Shown: positions 19,878 through 28,496 of the stretch, piece by piece
How positions within the stretch are numbered: position 1 is the stretch's first letter
How the letters are laid out: each line of letters starts with the position of its first letter
From: Candidatus Hikarchaeia archaeon HikBin4
GTDB taxonomy: Archaea; Halobacteriota; Halobacteria; Halobacteriales; Hikarchaeaceae
Assembly: GCA_009889685.1 (NCBI GenBank)
Contig: WTZT01000001.1
Span: 1-33,637, forward strand
Direction of reading: 5' to 3'
DNA length: 33,637 bases
Program-made: the position numbers and the translations under genes
Notes under the pieces: generated by a model
Seen by the model: the letters and a program-made list of their open reading frames with translations, nothing else
What the model was told of the DNA's origin: nothing
Database searches by the model: none

Positions 19878-22109
19878 GTGAATGTAGATGACATATCCGA
19901 TCTGCCTGATCATGCAATAGCACTGCTCAAATCTAGTGGTGTACACACACTCTATCCTCCCCAAATCCTCGCTGTCGAAGCGGGCATCACCCAGGGGAAC
20001 AGTATCGTAGCTAGTGTCCCAACAGCCAGTGGAAAAACCTTCATAGCAGAATTAGCAATGCTTTCTACAATAGCCCGTGGGGGTAAAGCCCTCTACATAG
20101 TCCCATTGCGAGCTCTAGCCAATGAAAAAAAACAAGAATTCGATAGGTTCGATGCCATTGATATCTCTGTAGGGAGTTCAACTGGAGATTATGAAAGTAC
20201 CGATGATTGGCTCGCAACCAAGGATATCATAGTCGCAACTTCTGAGAAAGTAGATTCTTTAATTCGAAATTTTACCCCTTGGATTTCTGATCTAACTTGC
20301 GTCGTAGCAGATGAAATTCACCTTCTAGACGACGCTTCTAGAGGCCCCACTCTAGAAATGACTTTGTCAAAACTCATCCACATCAACCCCGACATACAAA
20401 TAGTGGGCCTGTCCGCAACTATTGGAAATGCGGATCAAATCGCAACCTGGCTCGACGCAACCCTGATTGAATCCTCTTGGCGTCCGATTTCTCTTCGAAC
20501 CGGTGTTTATCATGATAGTTCTATCCATTTCGGCGACGGAACTACTCGTGACATTCCTAAAAAATCCAACCCTATTGAGGATATAATTCACGATGTTCTA
20601 CAAGAAGATGGATCTGCTCTAGTTTTTGTAAGTTCTCGCAGGAACGCAGAATCCGCAGCCAAAAAAATCTCTAACGTCACTGACAACTTTACTAATAAAA
20701 CCAAACCAAACCTAATAGAACTAGCAAACCAAGTCCGAGAAGAAGGTGAAACTGAACTGGCTAATACATTAGCTAGTTCTATTGAAAAGGGATCTGCATT
20801 CCACCACGCCGGACTGGTGAGTAACCATCGTAGATTGGTTGAAAAATCGTTTCGAGAACGCACAATAAAAGTTGTATGCGCCACTCCAACTCTGGCAGCT
20901 GGAGTCAATACGCCCAGTAGACGTGTTATAGTTCGAGATTGGCGTAGATACAATTCCTTCCGTGGTGGTATGGAACCCCTTTCTGTCATAGAAATGCACC
21001 AAATGTTTGGCCGTGCTGGCCGTCCTAACTTAGATCCCTATGGAGAAGCAATATTGTTGGCTTCTGGACCCGATGAATTCAATGAGCTTTTCGACCGATA
21101 TATTGAAGCAGAACCCGAATCAGTCGAATCAAAATTAGCTGTAGAACCTGCTTTAAGAACTCATATTTTATCCGCCATAGCTACTGGATTTGCTACTACT
21201 AAAGAAGGACTCCTAGATTTTTTAGATGGAACTCTCTATGCCACCCAAACAACTGACACAAGGAGATTACAACTTGTTACACATTCTGTACTCAAATATT
21301 TGGAAGTCAATGGTTTCCTCACCATATCGGATAGTGATATTGTAGCTACCAAAATAGGAGAAGAAGTATCTCGCATCTACCTCGACCCAATGTCTGCAGC
21401 AGAAATAATTTATGGACTAAAAGCTTCTGAAAATCCTAGCCCTTTAAGTATATACCATCTAATCAGCCGAACCCCTGATACTTACCCTTTATATCTCAAG
21501 TCTGGAGATCGAGATTTTTATTACCAATTAGCTTACGAATATCAATCAGAATTATTAGGATCTTCTCCCTCTGAATTCGACCCCCATTGGGAAGACTGGC
21601 TATCTGCTCTTAAAACAGCAAAAATGATAGAAGATTGGACCGAGGAAACCGATGAAGAGACAATTACCAAACATTATCGAATAGGTCCTGGAGACATACG
21701 TGCTAAAATAGATACTGCAGATTGGCTACTCCGAGCAGCAGAGAGACTTGCCATCTCTTTAGATCTACAATCAATTTCTATCATTCGGAATCTACAAAGA
21801 CGGGTTAAATATGGGGTAAAAGAAGAGTTACTTGAACTAGTTGCAGTTGAAGGAATCGGCAGGATTCGGGCGAGGCAATTATTCAACCACGGAATCCACA
21901 CACGATCTGATTTACGCACAGCAGACAAACAACTTATCCTCAATGCCCTTTCTGGAAGAAGGCTCACCACCGAACAAATTCTCCAAAACGCAGGACGTAC
22001 AGACTCCTCTTTAGATGCTATCCCCTCTCGGCCATTTTCTTCTATAAAAAACCAAACATCGTCCGATCAGGAAGATGAAGAACAAGCAAATCTAGGAGAC
22101 TTCAAATGA
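19878..22109 (+). CDS. hel308: Hel308 / Ski2-like DNA helicase
   Basis: YPPQ, PTASGKT, DEIH, SAT, HHAGL, and GRAGRP, followed by winged-helix, ratchet and HhH regions. I prefer the GTG at 19878 (VNVDDISDLPDHAIALLKSSGVHTLYPPQ). The ATG at 19797 would add a hydrophobic 27-aa extension. Confidence 0.9.
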   Translation: MNVDDISDLPDHAIALLKSSGVHTLYPPQILAVEAGITQGNSIVASVPTASGKTFIAELAMLSTIARGGKALYIVPLRALANEKKQEFDRFDAIDISVGSSTGDYESTDDWLATKDIIVATSEKVDSLIRNFTPWISDLTCVVADEIHLLDDASRGPTLEMTLSKLIHINPDIQIVGLSATIGNADQIATWLDATLIESSWRPISLRTGVYHDSSIHFGDGTTRDIPKKSNPIEDIIHDVLQEDGSALVFVSSRRNAESAAKKISNVTDNFTNKTKPNLIELANQVREEGETELANTLASSIEKGSAFHHAGLVSNHRRLVEKSFRERTIKVVCATPTLAAGVNTPSRRVIVRDWRRYNSFRGGMEPLSVIEMHQMFGRAGRPNLDPYGEAILLASGPDEFNELFDRYIEAEPESVESKLAVEPALRTHILSAIATGFATTKEGLLDFLDGTLYATQTTDTRRLQLVTHSVLKYLEVNGFLTISDSDIVATKIGEEVSRIYLDPMSAAEIIYGLKASENPSPLSIYHLISRTPDTYPLYLKSGDRDFYYQLAYEYQSELLGSSPSEFDPHWEDWLSALKTAKMIEDWTEETDEETITKHYRIGPGDIRAKIDTADWLLRAAERLAISLDLQSISIIRNLQRRVKYGVKEELLELVAVEGIGRIRARQLFNHGIHTRSDLRTADKQLILNALSGRRLTTEQILQNAGRTDSSLDAIPSRPFSSIKNQTSSDQEDEEQANLGDFK

Positions 22110-22597
22110 TTATCCTTGAAGGATATCTAATCTCCAAAGATACTTCTTCATTTCTTGATAATCTAACTGCAATAGCTACTAAGTATGAATGTGTTATCCA
22201 ATCTTTCGATGCTCGATACATAGTTGGAAAATCTCATCTAACCTTGGCAACCGAATATTCTAAAAGGGCGTTCGAACGTGAAAATTCAATCGCTAAAGAT
22301 CCCGCAGTAGAACTTCTTTTATATGCTTCAGGGAGGCGCCAAATAAACCGTGCAATGGAGATGTGCATCAATCCCAAAACAACCGGTATCGTAATAGTTA
22401 TCCACGGAGAAAAAGAGACCATTTCTTCTAATTTACTACGGGAGTTAATTCTGCCCTCTGATGTGATAGAACCCACTCAAAACATAGAATTGCTTTGCAC
22501 TTTTTTCGACATAACCCGCGCAGAACTTGAAGTTTCTTCCACCGATATAGAGTCATTAGTTCTTGAACGTGTAGCACTTCTCAATCTATCTAAATAA
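22106..22597 (+). CDS. cgi121: KEOPS complex subunit Cgi121
   Basis: VELLLYASGRRQINRAMEM and the C-terminal LVLERVALLNLSK match the conserved Cgi121 core (compare the Methanocaldococcus pattern EILVRASGQRQIHEA...VLEKIALIEL). ATGA overlap with the hel308 stop. Confidence 0.8.
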   Translation: MIILEGYLISKDTSSFLDNLTAIATKYECVIQSFDARYIVGKSHLTLATEYSKRAFERENSIAKDPAVELLLYASGRRQINRAMEMCINPKTTGIVIVIHGEKETISSNLLRELILPSDVIEPTQNIELLCTFFDITRAELEVSSTDIESLVLERVALLNLSK

Positions 22598-22659
22598 CCC
22601 CCTTTTCATTTCCTGTAGTTTTATCCACTAGCACGTCATATAGAGGTTAGGTAAAATCA

Positions 22660-22911
22660 ATGCTCCGCCTCACACAACAAATCGCATTCGTTATAGTTAT
22701 GTTAACAATAGATATTCTTGTATTATCGCCCCTTTTCGTCTTCCGCGTCGATGGAATCGCTGGATATGGTGGTTGGGGTTACCCCGGCCCAGGAGTCATG
22801 TTTGTAAATGTTTTACTCGTTTGGCTCCTTTACATCGGAATCTTCAATGTTTGGTTAGGGGGGAATATAGGCAAGAGGTTGGCAAAAGCGATCTTCGACA
22901 GATACGTATAA
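22660..22911 (+). CDS. Small hypothetical membrane protein (2 TM helices and a GYGGWGYPGPG loop)
   Basis: The ATG is preceded by GAGGT about 12 nt upstream. It has two hydrophobic helices. No recognisable family. Confidence 0.45.
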   Translation: MLRLTQQIAFVIVMLTIDILVLSPLFVFRVDGIAGYGGWGYPGPGVMFVNVLLVWLLYIGIFNVWLGGNIGKRLAKAIFDRYV

Positions 22912-22956
22912 TGCTTTCTCCGATGTGTCTATCCCTTTCTATTGATTAGAACCCCT

Positions 22957-25317
22957 ATGACAAATTCGATAGGTTCTCGGATTCCTTCAAAATTGGGGGA
23001 AGTTTTTGTCACTGGTTCTGGCAGTTTCATCGATGATATGACATTCCCTGGAATGCTCCATGCACGTTTTGTTCGTTGCCCACATCCTCACGCCGAAATC
23101 GTTTCAGTAGATATTTCTTCCGCTCTCTCTATTCCTGGAGTCGAATTGGTCTGGACCTGGGATGATCTATCTCCTTATCTGAATTCTAATCATTTTGGAC
23201 ATGATATTCTTGACGAGGAGCCTCTTGTTATTGATAGGGCTCGTTATGTTGGCGACGAAGTTGCAATAGTTCTAGCCCAAGACGCCCACACAGCGCTTGA
23301 AGCATCTGAAGCTGTTAATATAATCTACAACTCCCTCCCCGCAGTTACTAGTGTAGAAGACGCTCTGTCATCTACATCCCCTATATTACATCCCCGTCTG
23401 GATCTGGATCCTAGTTCTTCTGTCAAAGGAAACTTATTACACTCTTTTTCAATCAAAACTGGGGATATTCAAACCACTTTAAAATCTCCTCATATTTCTG
23501 TATCTGGTTCCTTCAAGACCAACCGAACTAGCCCCTCTGCGCTCGAGCCCCACGGTGTTATAGCTAGCTATACACCCGGAAGAGGGCTGACTATCCATTC
23601 CCCTAATCAAAAACCCCACTCAATGGTAACACATCTAGAAAATATATTTGGATTTGAACCCGGGACTATCACCTGGAATGTCCCCGATATTGGTGGTTCT
23701 TTTGGCACTAAAGCAGAATTACTCTCTCATGAAATTTGTGCCGCTGCACTCACCATTGCAACTCGTAAACCCGTAAAAATAATTCTCGATCGATTGGAAG
23801 AATTGCAAACGGGACGGGGTCGGCCCGAAGAACATTTTAAGGCGTGTTTAACCGCAGATAAAAATGGGAATTTTATATCACTCACGGTCGACATGATTCA
23901 AAACACTGGGGCATATGCTTCATACGGCATTCACACTTCTGAAACACCTGGACTTCTCGCAGCTTGTCCCTACTTAATCGAACACCAAAATATATCTGGA
24001 AAAGTTGTTTATACAAATGTAGTACCTTCTGGAGCTGTTAGGGGGTTCGGCGACTCACAATATACCTTCGTCAGAGAACAACTCGTTGATGCACTTTCTA
24101 GAAAACTCAATAGAGATCCTATCGATTTAAGATTGCAAAATATAGCTACTAAGGAACAAATGCCACTTACAACCGCAACTGGAATTAGATGGAGAAACAC
24201 CGATTTACCTTCTTGTATTAACGCAGTAAGAGATTCTCTCTCTCCTCCTTCAACCCCTCCCCCAAAAAATAAACTCCGAGGTATGGGGATTGCCGTTTCT
24301 GTCAAAAGAAATGGAAAAAAAGGTGCCAACTCTGACTTTTCTAAAGCTACTGTTGAGGTCAATAACAAAGGCACAGTTTACATATATTCGGACGTTATTA
24401 GTGTTGGTCAGGGTACCGAAACTAGTCTTGCCCAAATAGCATCAGAAATTTTAGGTGTTTCTCAAAAGAGAATCAAAGTTATAACCGGAAATACAGACAC
24501 AATCGCAGATGGTCACGGTGTGGGCGCCGATAGAGGCACAGTTTTCATTGGAAGCGCCACCGCGAAAGCCGCAGAAAATCTTCGAGAAAAAATCACCAAA
24601 ATTGCATCCAAATTCTTGCAAATAGATCCTATAAATGTAGCCCTCTCGGATGATAAAATATTTGACTCATCTGACCCAGACCATGGGATGGACTTCACAG
24701 AATTTGCTCATCGTGCTAGATTCGATGACCCTTCCACCAAACTGGACCAAAACGAAATCGGAGTGTCTCTAATAGGCCACGCAACTTTCGAAAGTTTAGA
24801 AGCACAAACCGTAGATCCAAATACCAGATTGGGAAATGTTTCTCATACATACACCCACTCCTCTGTCGGCGTTATCCTAGACGTAGATCTAGGTACTGGC
24901 GATATAGATATAGTTGATATATGTGTCGCAGAGGATCTAGGTTGTGTGATCAATCCACTCTTAGTTGAGGGACAAATTCAAGGATGTATCGGACACGCAA
25001 CTGGGGACGTTTTACTCGAGAATTTCACTTATGATGCCCATGGATATCCTCACAATGGAACTCTAGTTGATTACCATCTCCCAACTACTGTAGACGTACC
25101 TTTACTAACCAAAATGCATAAAATTGAATCCCCCGATCCTGCCACTTCACATGGACAAAGAGGTGCCGGAGAAGGTGCATTATTACCATTCCCTGCTGCA
25201 ATAGCCAATGCTGTCTATGATGCAACAGGAGTTCGTTTTAGAGAGCTACCTCTATCTCCTCAAAAAATCCTTCCCTCTCTCATAGAACATGGACTTTCAA
25301 CCCACAAAAAATTATAG
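22957..25317 (+). CDS. Xanthine dehydrogenase / aldehyde oxidase / CoxL-family molybdopterin-binding large subunit
   Basis: N-terminal a/b-hammerhead pattern (FIDDMTFPGMLHARFVRCPHPHAEIVSVD), PDIGGSFGTK, GAVRGFGDSQ, and C-terminal GQRGAGEGALLP. I prefer the ATG at 22957 over the TTG at 22942. Confidence 0.88.
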   Translation: MTNSIGSRIPSKLGEVFVTGSGSFIDDMTFPGMLHARFVRCPHPHAEIVSVDISSALSIPGVELVWTWDDLSPYLNSNHFGHDILDEEPLVIDRARYVGDEVAIVLAQDAHTALEASEAVNIIYNSLPAVTSVEDALSSTSPILHPRLDLDPSSSVKGNLLHSFSIKTGDIQTTLKSPHISVSGSFKTNRTSPSALEPHGVIASYTPGRGLTIHSPNQKPHSMVTHLENIFGFEPGTITWNVPDIGGSFGTKAELLSHEICAAALTIATRKPVKIILDRLEELQTGRGRPEEHFKACLTADKNGNFISLTVDMIQNTGAYASYGIHTSETPGLLAACPYLIEHQNISGKVVYTNVVPSGAVRGFGDSQYTFVREQLVDALSRKLNRDPIDLRLQNIATKEQMPLTTATGIRWRNTDLPSCINAVRDSLSPPSTPPPKNKLRGMGIAVSVKRNGKKGANSDFSKATVEVNNKGTVYIYSDVISVGQGTETSLAQIASEILGVSQKRIKVITGNTDTIADGHGVGADRGTVFIGSATAKAAENLREKITKIASKFLQIDPINVALSDDKIFDSSDPDHGMDFTEFAHRARFDDPSTKLDQNEIGVSLIGHATFESLEAQTVDPNTRLGNVSHTYTHSSVGVILDVDLGTGDIDIVDICVAEDLGCVINPLLVEGQIQGCIGHATGDVLLENFTYDAHGYPHNGTLVDYHLPTTVDVPLLTKMHKIESPDPATSHGQRGAGEGALLPFPAAIANAVYDATGVRFRELPLSPQKILPSLIEHGLSTHKKL

Positions 25318-25332
25318 TTTGTAGCTTTAGCT

Positions 25333-27066
25333 TTATTCCACCACATGAAGAGATAGAGAAGATTCCTTTTCTGATTCATGGTAGATCGTATTGGTGGCGA
25401 TTTGCATATCTCCTACTGTCGCATCACAAGGTTGGATTTCGGTATTTGAATTTCTATCCCATCTAGGGAAACTACTCGAAGAAATTTCTAATCTAATCTT
25501 GTGTCCTGGTTTAAATGTATGGGCAACGTGCCACAGGTCCACCGAAATTTCATATACCTCTCCAGGCTCCATTAAATTCACCTGTTTCATTGAATCTCTG
25601 TATCTAGCTCTCAAGATACCTTCTGTAACATTTCCACAGTAACCATTTGGTTCTACATCTACCAGTTTCGCTGTGAAATCCGTGTCCACTGCAGAACTAG
25701 ATATGAATAATCTTGCTTCAACAGGACCTGCTATCTTCACAGCTTTATCTAAGTACGGAGTTGTGTATACCAACACATCCTCTCTTTCTTCAATCACCGA
25801 TTGATCTTTTACTCCCGCTTCTTGTACCTCTGGCATTTGAATCCGACCCCCTTTGGTTGGAACTGGATCAAGTGGATCGTACTGATAACTATCTGGACTT
25901 TGTGTATCTGGGGTATCCAACAATAAAGTACCATTACCAAATCTCGTGTTGGCTTGCCCTGCACTATGCAAGTAATATCTAATATCTCTGCCTTCTGGAG
26001 GCCATGTATCCGCATTGGTCCATTCTCTAGATCCTATATCAAAATAGCGAACAAGGGGCAACTCTTTTAGTTTCTCAGTTTCCCCTTTCAACCACGCATC
26101 AAACCACGCAAATATAAATGGTCCAACAAACCCTGCAGCACTAGATGCTATGGGTCCAAATACTTTATCTCCCACTCTATCATTCGCATACCCCATATAC
26201 GATTCATGGGCCCACGGTCCGATCAACAATCTTTGTTCGTTTTTCGGAATTTCTTTTCCGCTTTCTTTCAAAGCATTATACATATCTATATGACCCCTAG
26301 AAAAGAGATCTTGCCATCCTGTTATGTCCAAAGTTGGAGCAGACACATCAGATGCTTTTTGAGTAGCATCTATGGACTCCCAATACTCATCATACGTTGG
26401 ATGGTCCAACCAATCTTGATAGTAACTCACTAGTTCTCTCTCTAGTCCTGGGGCATTTCTATGTGGCAAATAGGACATACTTTCATGCAAATGAGCAGCT
26501 GCATAGGTTAGATTTTTTTTTGCCATCTCTCTTTCACTTTCGGCTAGTCCTGATACTGCCCCCAAAGCCAATTTAATTGCCCACCTGTGATTAAATCCCA
26601 ACTCAAACGCACCGCCCGTGTATGTCCAACCTTGATGATAGTTAGCTCCCGTTAGATATGCAACAGCGGCTTTCAAATGAGGTGGATTTGCAACAACAGC
26701 CTGTCTAACAGTAACACCAAGATATGAATTTCCATATATCCCCACCTTTCCGTTACACCATTCTTGTTTAGCAACCCATTCAACTGTGTCATAACCATCT
26801 TCTGCTTCGGTAAAAAACGGAACGAATTTCCCATCTGATGTAAATCTTCCCCTGGTATCTTGAACAACAATTACATAACCCCGTTCTGGTCCCATGATTG
26901 GATTCACCATTGGAGCTCCTGTGGACTGGGCACTAGACTTATTGTACGGAATACGTGATAGAAGGGCCGGGTATTTCCCATCTTCACTAGGACGATAGAC
27001 ATCTGCTCTAAGAATAACCCCATCTCTCATAGGTACCGGTACATCACGTTCTACACAAAATTGCAT
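25333..27066 (-). CDS. CocE/NonD-family alpha/beta hydrolase (S15 peptidase/esterase fold with a C-terminal PepX_C domain)
   Basis: VPMRDGVILRADVYRP, VVQDTRGRF, GNSYLG nucleophile elbow, GILRARYRDS, SSSFPRWDRN. I prefer the ATG at 27066, because the longer track ORF would overlap the upstream gene's 3' end. Confidence 0.85.
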   Translation of the reverse strand: MQFCVERDVPVPMRDGVILRADVYRPSEDGKYPALLSRIPYNKSSAQSTGAPMVNPIMGPERGYVIVVQDTRGRFTSDGKFVPFFTEAEDGYDTVEWVAKQEWCNGKVGIYGNSYLGVTVRQAVVANPPHLKAAVAYLTGANYHQGWTYTGGAFELGFNHRWAIKLALGAVSGLAESEREMAKKNLTYAAAHLHESMSYLPHRNAPGLERELVSYYQDWLDHPTYDEYWESIDATQKASDVSAPTLDITGWQDLFSRGHIDMYNALKESGKEIPKNEQRLLIGPWAHESYMGYANDRVGDKVFGPIASSAAGFVGPFIFAWFDAWLKGETEKLKELPLVRYFDIGSREWTNADTWPPEGRDIRYYLHSAGQANTRFGNGTLLLDTPDTQSPDSYQYDPLDPVPTKGGRIQMPEVQEAGVKDQSVIEEREDVLVYTTPYLDKAVKIAGPVEARLFISSSAVDTDFTAKLVDVEPNGYCGNVTEGILRARYRDSMKQVNLMEPGEVYEISVDLWHVAHTFKPGHKIRLEISSSSFPRWDRNSNTEIQPCDATVGDMQIATNTIYHESEKESSLSLHVVE

Positions 27067-27107
27067 ATTGAGAAAAAGACCTTTCTGAGTCTTATACTTG
27101 TATATAC

Positions 27108-28094
27108 TTATTTGACGAGGGGCAGAACTTCTTCTCCTATTAAATTCATACAATAATCATAATCGTGCAATCTAAAACGAAGATCAAAGACGATATGATC
27201 GATCCCGGCATCAATAAATTTCCCTACTTCTTGCGCAATATCTTCTGGTGTTCCTGCCATAATCACTCCTTCCAAATCCTCTAGTTTCTCGAATTTTCCT
27301 GATTTTGGTTTGAGCCACCACTTCTGTTTATTCGCGGCATCTAGTAGTCCTCTCATATTCACAGGTTCCAAAGCCTTAGCAAGCGTAGTATCTGGACTGG
27401 TAGGGGGAACTGCTCCCACAGTTGGCATCTCTTGACCGCTCTCATCTGATAATTCTCTCAACTGGCGCATTCTTACTCTAAATGTAGGAATGGTGATTCT
27501 GCCCGGGAACCAACCATCACAATATTCAACCGCTCTTCTGGCAGATGCTGGGGTGGATCCTCCATACCAAATGGGTATCTTCCCTTTTGGTCTCGGCGCA
27601 ATCCCTAATCCTTTTACTGGGAATAATTTCCCATCATAAGTTATTTCATCATTTTCCCACGCCAACCGCATAATTTCAACCGCTTCTTTTACAGCATCTA
27701 CTCTGTCATCTAAACCCAATCCTACTAGTTCGAATTCATCTTTAAACAATGTAGCACCCGCTCCCATCCCCGCAATAATCCGTCCTTCAGCTAGCCAATC
27801 CAAGCTAGCGAATAAATGTGCCATATATAGTGGATGCCTCCATGGAACTGCAACAGCAGTTCCTAATTTTAATTTTTTTGTTGCTGCCGCCAATCCTGCC
27901 AATACCACAAATGGTTCTACCAAAGTGGCACTCGATCCTTCAAAACCATGCCCATGAAACCGCAAGAAGTGGTCTCTGACCCACACTGAATCAAATTCCA
28001 ATTCTTCTGCCCTTTTTGCTCCTTCTATCAAAGAAGAAGCAGACACATGTTCTCCAAAATGTGGTAACAATAACCCATAACTAACTTTGCCCAT
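27108..28094 (-). CDS. Luciferase-like (LLM) flavin- or F420-dependent oxidoreductase
   Basis: YGLLLPHFG...AEELEFDSVWVRDHF, a PWRHP segment, GRIIAGMGAG, IPIWYGGS. 328 aa. I cannot tell FMN from F420 by eye. Confidence 0.85.
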   Translation of the reverse strand: MGKVSYGLLLPHFGEHVSASSLIEGAKRAEELEFDSVWVRDHFLRFHGHGFEGSSATLVEPFVVLAGLAAATKKLKLGTAVAVPWRHPLYMAHLFASLDWLAEGRIIAGMGAGATLFKDEFELVGLGLDDRVDAVKEAVEIMRLAWENDEITYDGKLFPVKGLGIAPRPKGKIPIWYGGSTPASARRAVEYCDGWFPGRITIPTFRVRMRQLRELSDESGQEMPTVGAVPPTSPDTTLAKALEPVNMRGLLDAANKQKWWLKPKSGKFEKLEDLEGVIMAGTPEDIAQEVGKFIDAGIDHIVFDLRFRLHDYDYCMNLIGEEVLPLVK

Positions 28095-28139
28095 ACATAA
28101 TTCTTTGATGACTTGTATACCTATTTCTTTGCTTTGTGC

Positions 28140-28496
28140 TCACACATCTAGATATACTGTTTGATCTTCTACCAAAACTTTGTATGTTGGAATACCTATG
28201 CCTGGATCCCCTGCATGTTTCCCAGTTCGAATATCATACGTCCATCCATGCCAAGGACATATTACCACATAATCGTCTGTAAAATATTCATCTGGAAGCT
28301 TCCCTAGTGGGGGGATATCTCCTCCCACCCGTCTTCTTATATCCCCCGTACACACGGGACCACTTTGATGCTGACAAGAGTTAAGTAATGCATAAAATTC
28401 CCCCTCTATATTGAATATCCCCACTTCAACTCCTTTTACCTTAACAACTTTGCTCTCACCATGATCTATCTCTCCCACTTTGCAAACCTCAATCAT
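28140..28496 (-). CDS. Small stand-alone Rieske [2Fe-2S] protein
   Basis: CQH...CPWHGWTYD ligand boxes, separated by a long loop (about 36 residues by my count). 118 aa, with no oxygenase catalytic domain. ATGA overlap with the amidohydrolase stop. Confidence 0.85.
   Translation of the reverse strand: MIEVCKVGEIDHGESKVVKVKGVEVGIFNIEGEFYALLNSCQHQSGPVCTGDIRRRVGGDIPPLGKLPDEYFTDDYVVICPWHGWTYDIRTGKHAGDPGIGIPTYKVLVEDQTVYLDV

Noticed and set aside
27067-27153. A 29-codon upstream extension of the CocE/NonD hydrolase ORF that overlaps the LLM gene's 3' end by 46 nt.
   Set aside because: The extension (MYEFNRRRSSAPRQISIYKYKTQKGLFLN) is basic and low-complexity. The family's typical N-terminus (...VPMRDGV.L.ADVYRP) follows directly from the ATG at 27066.
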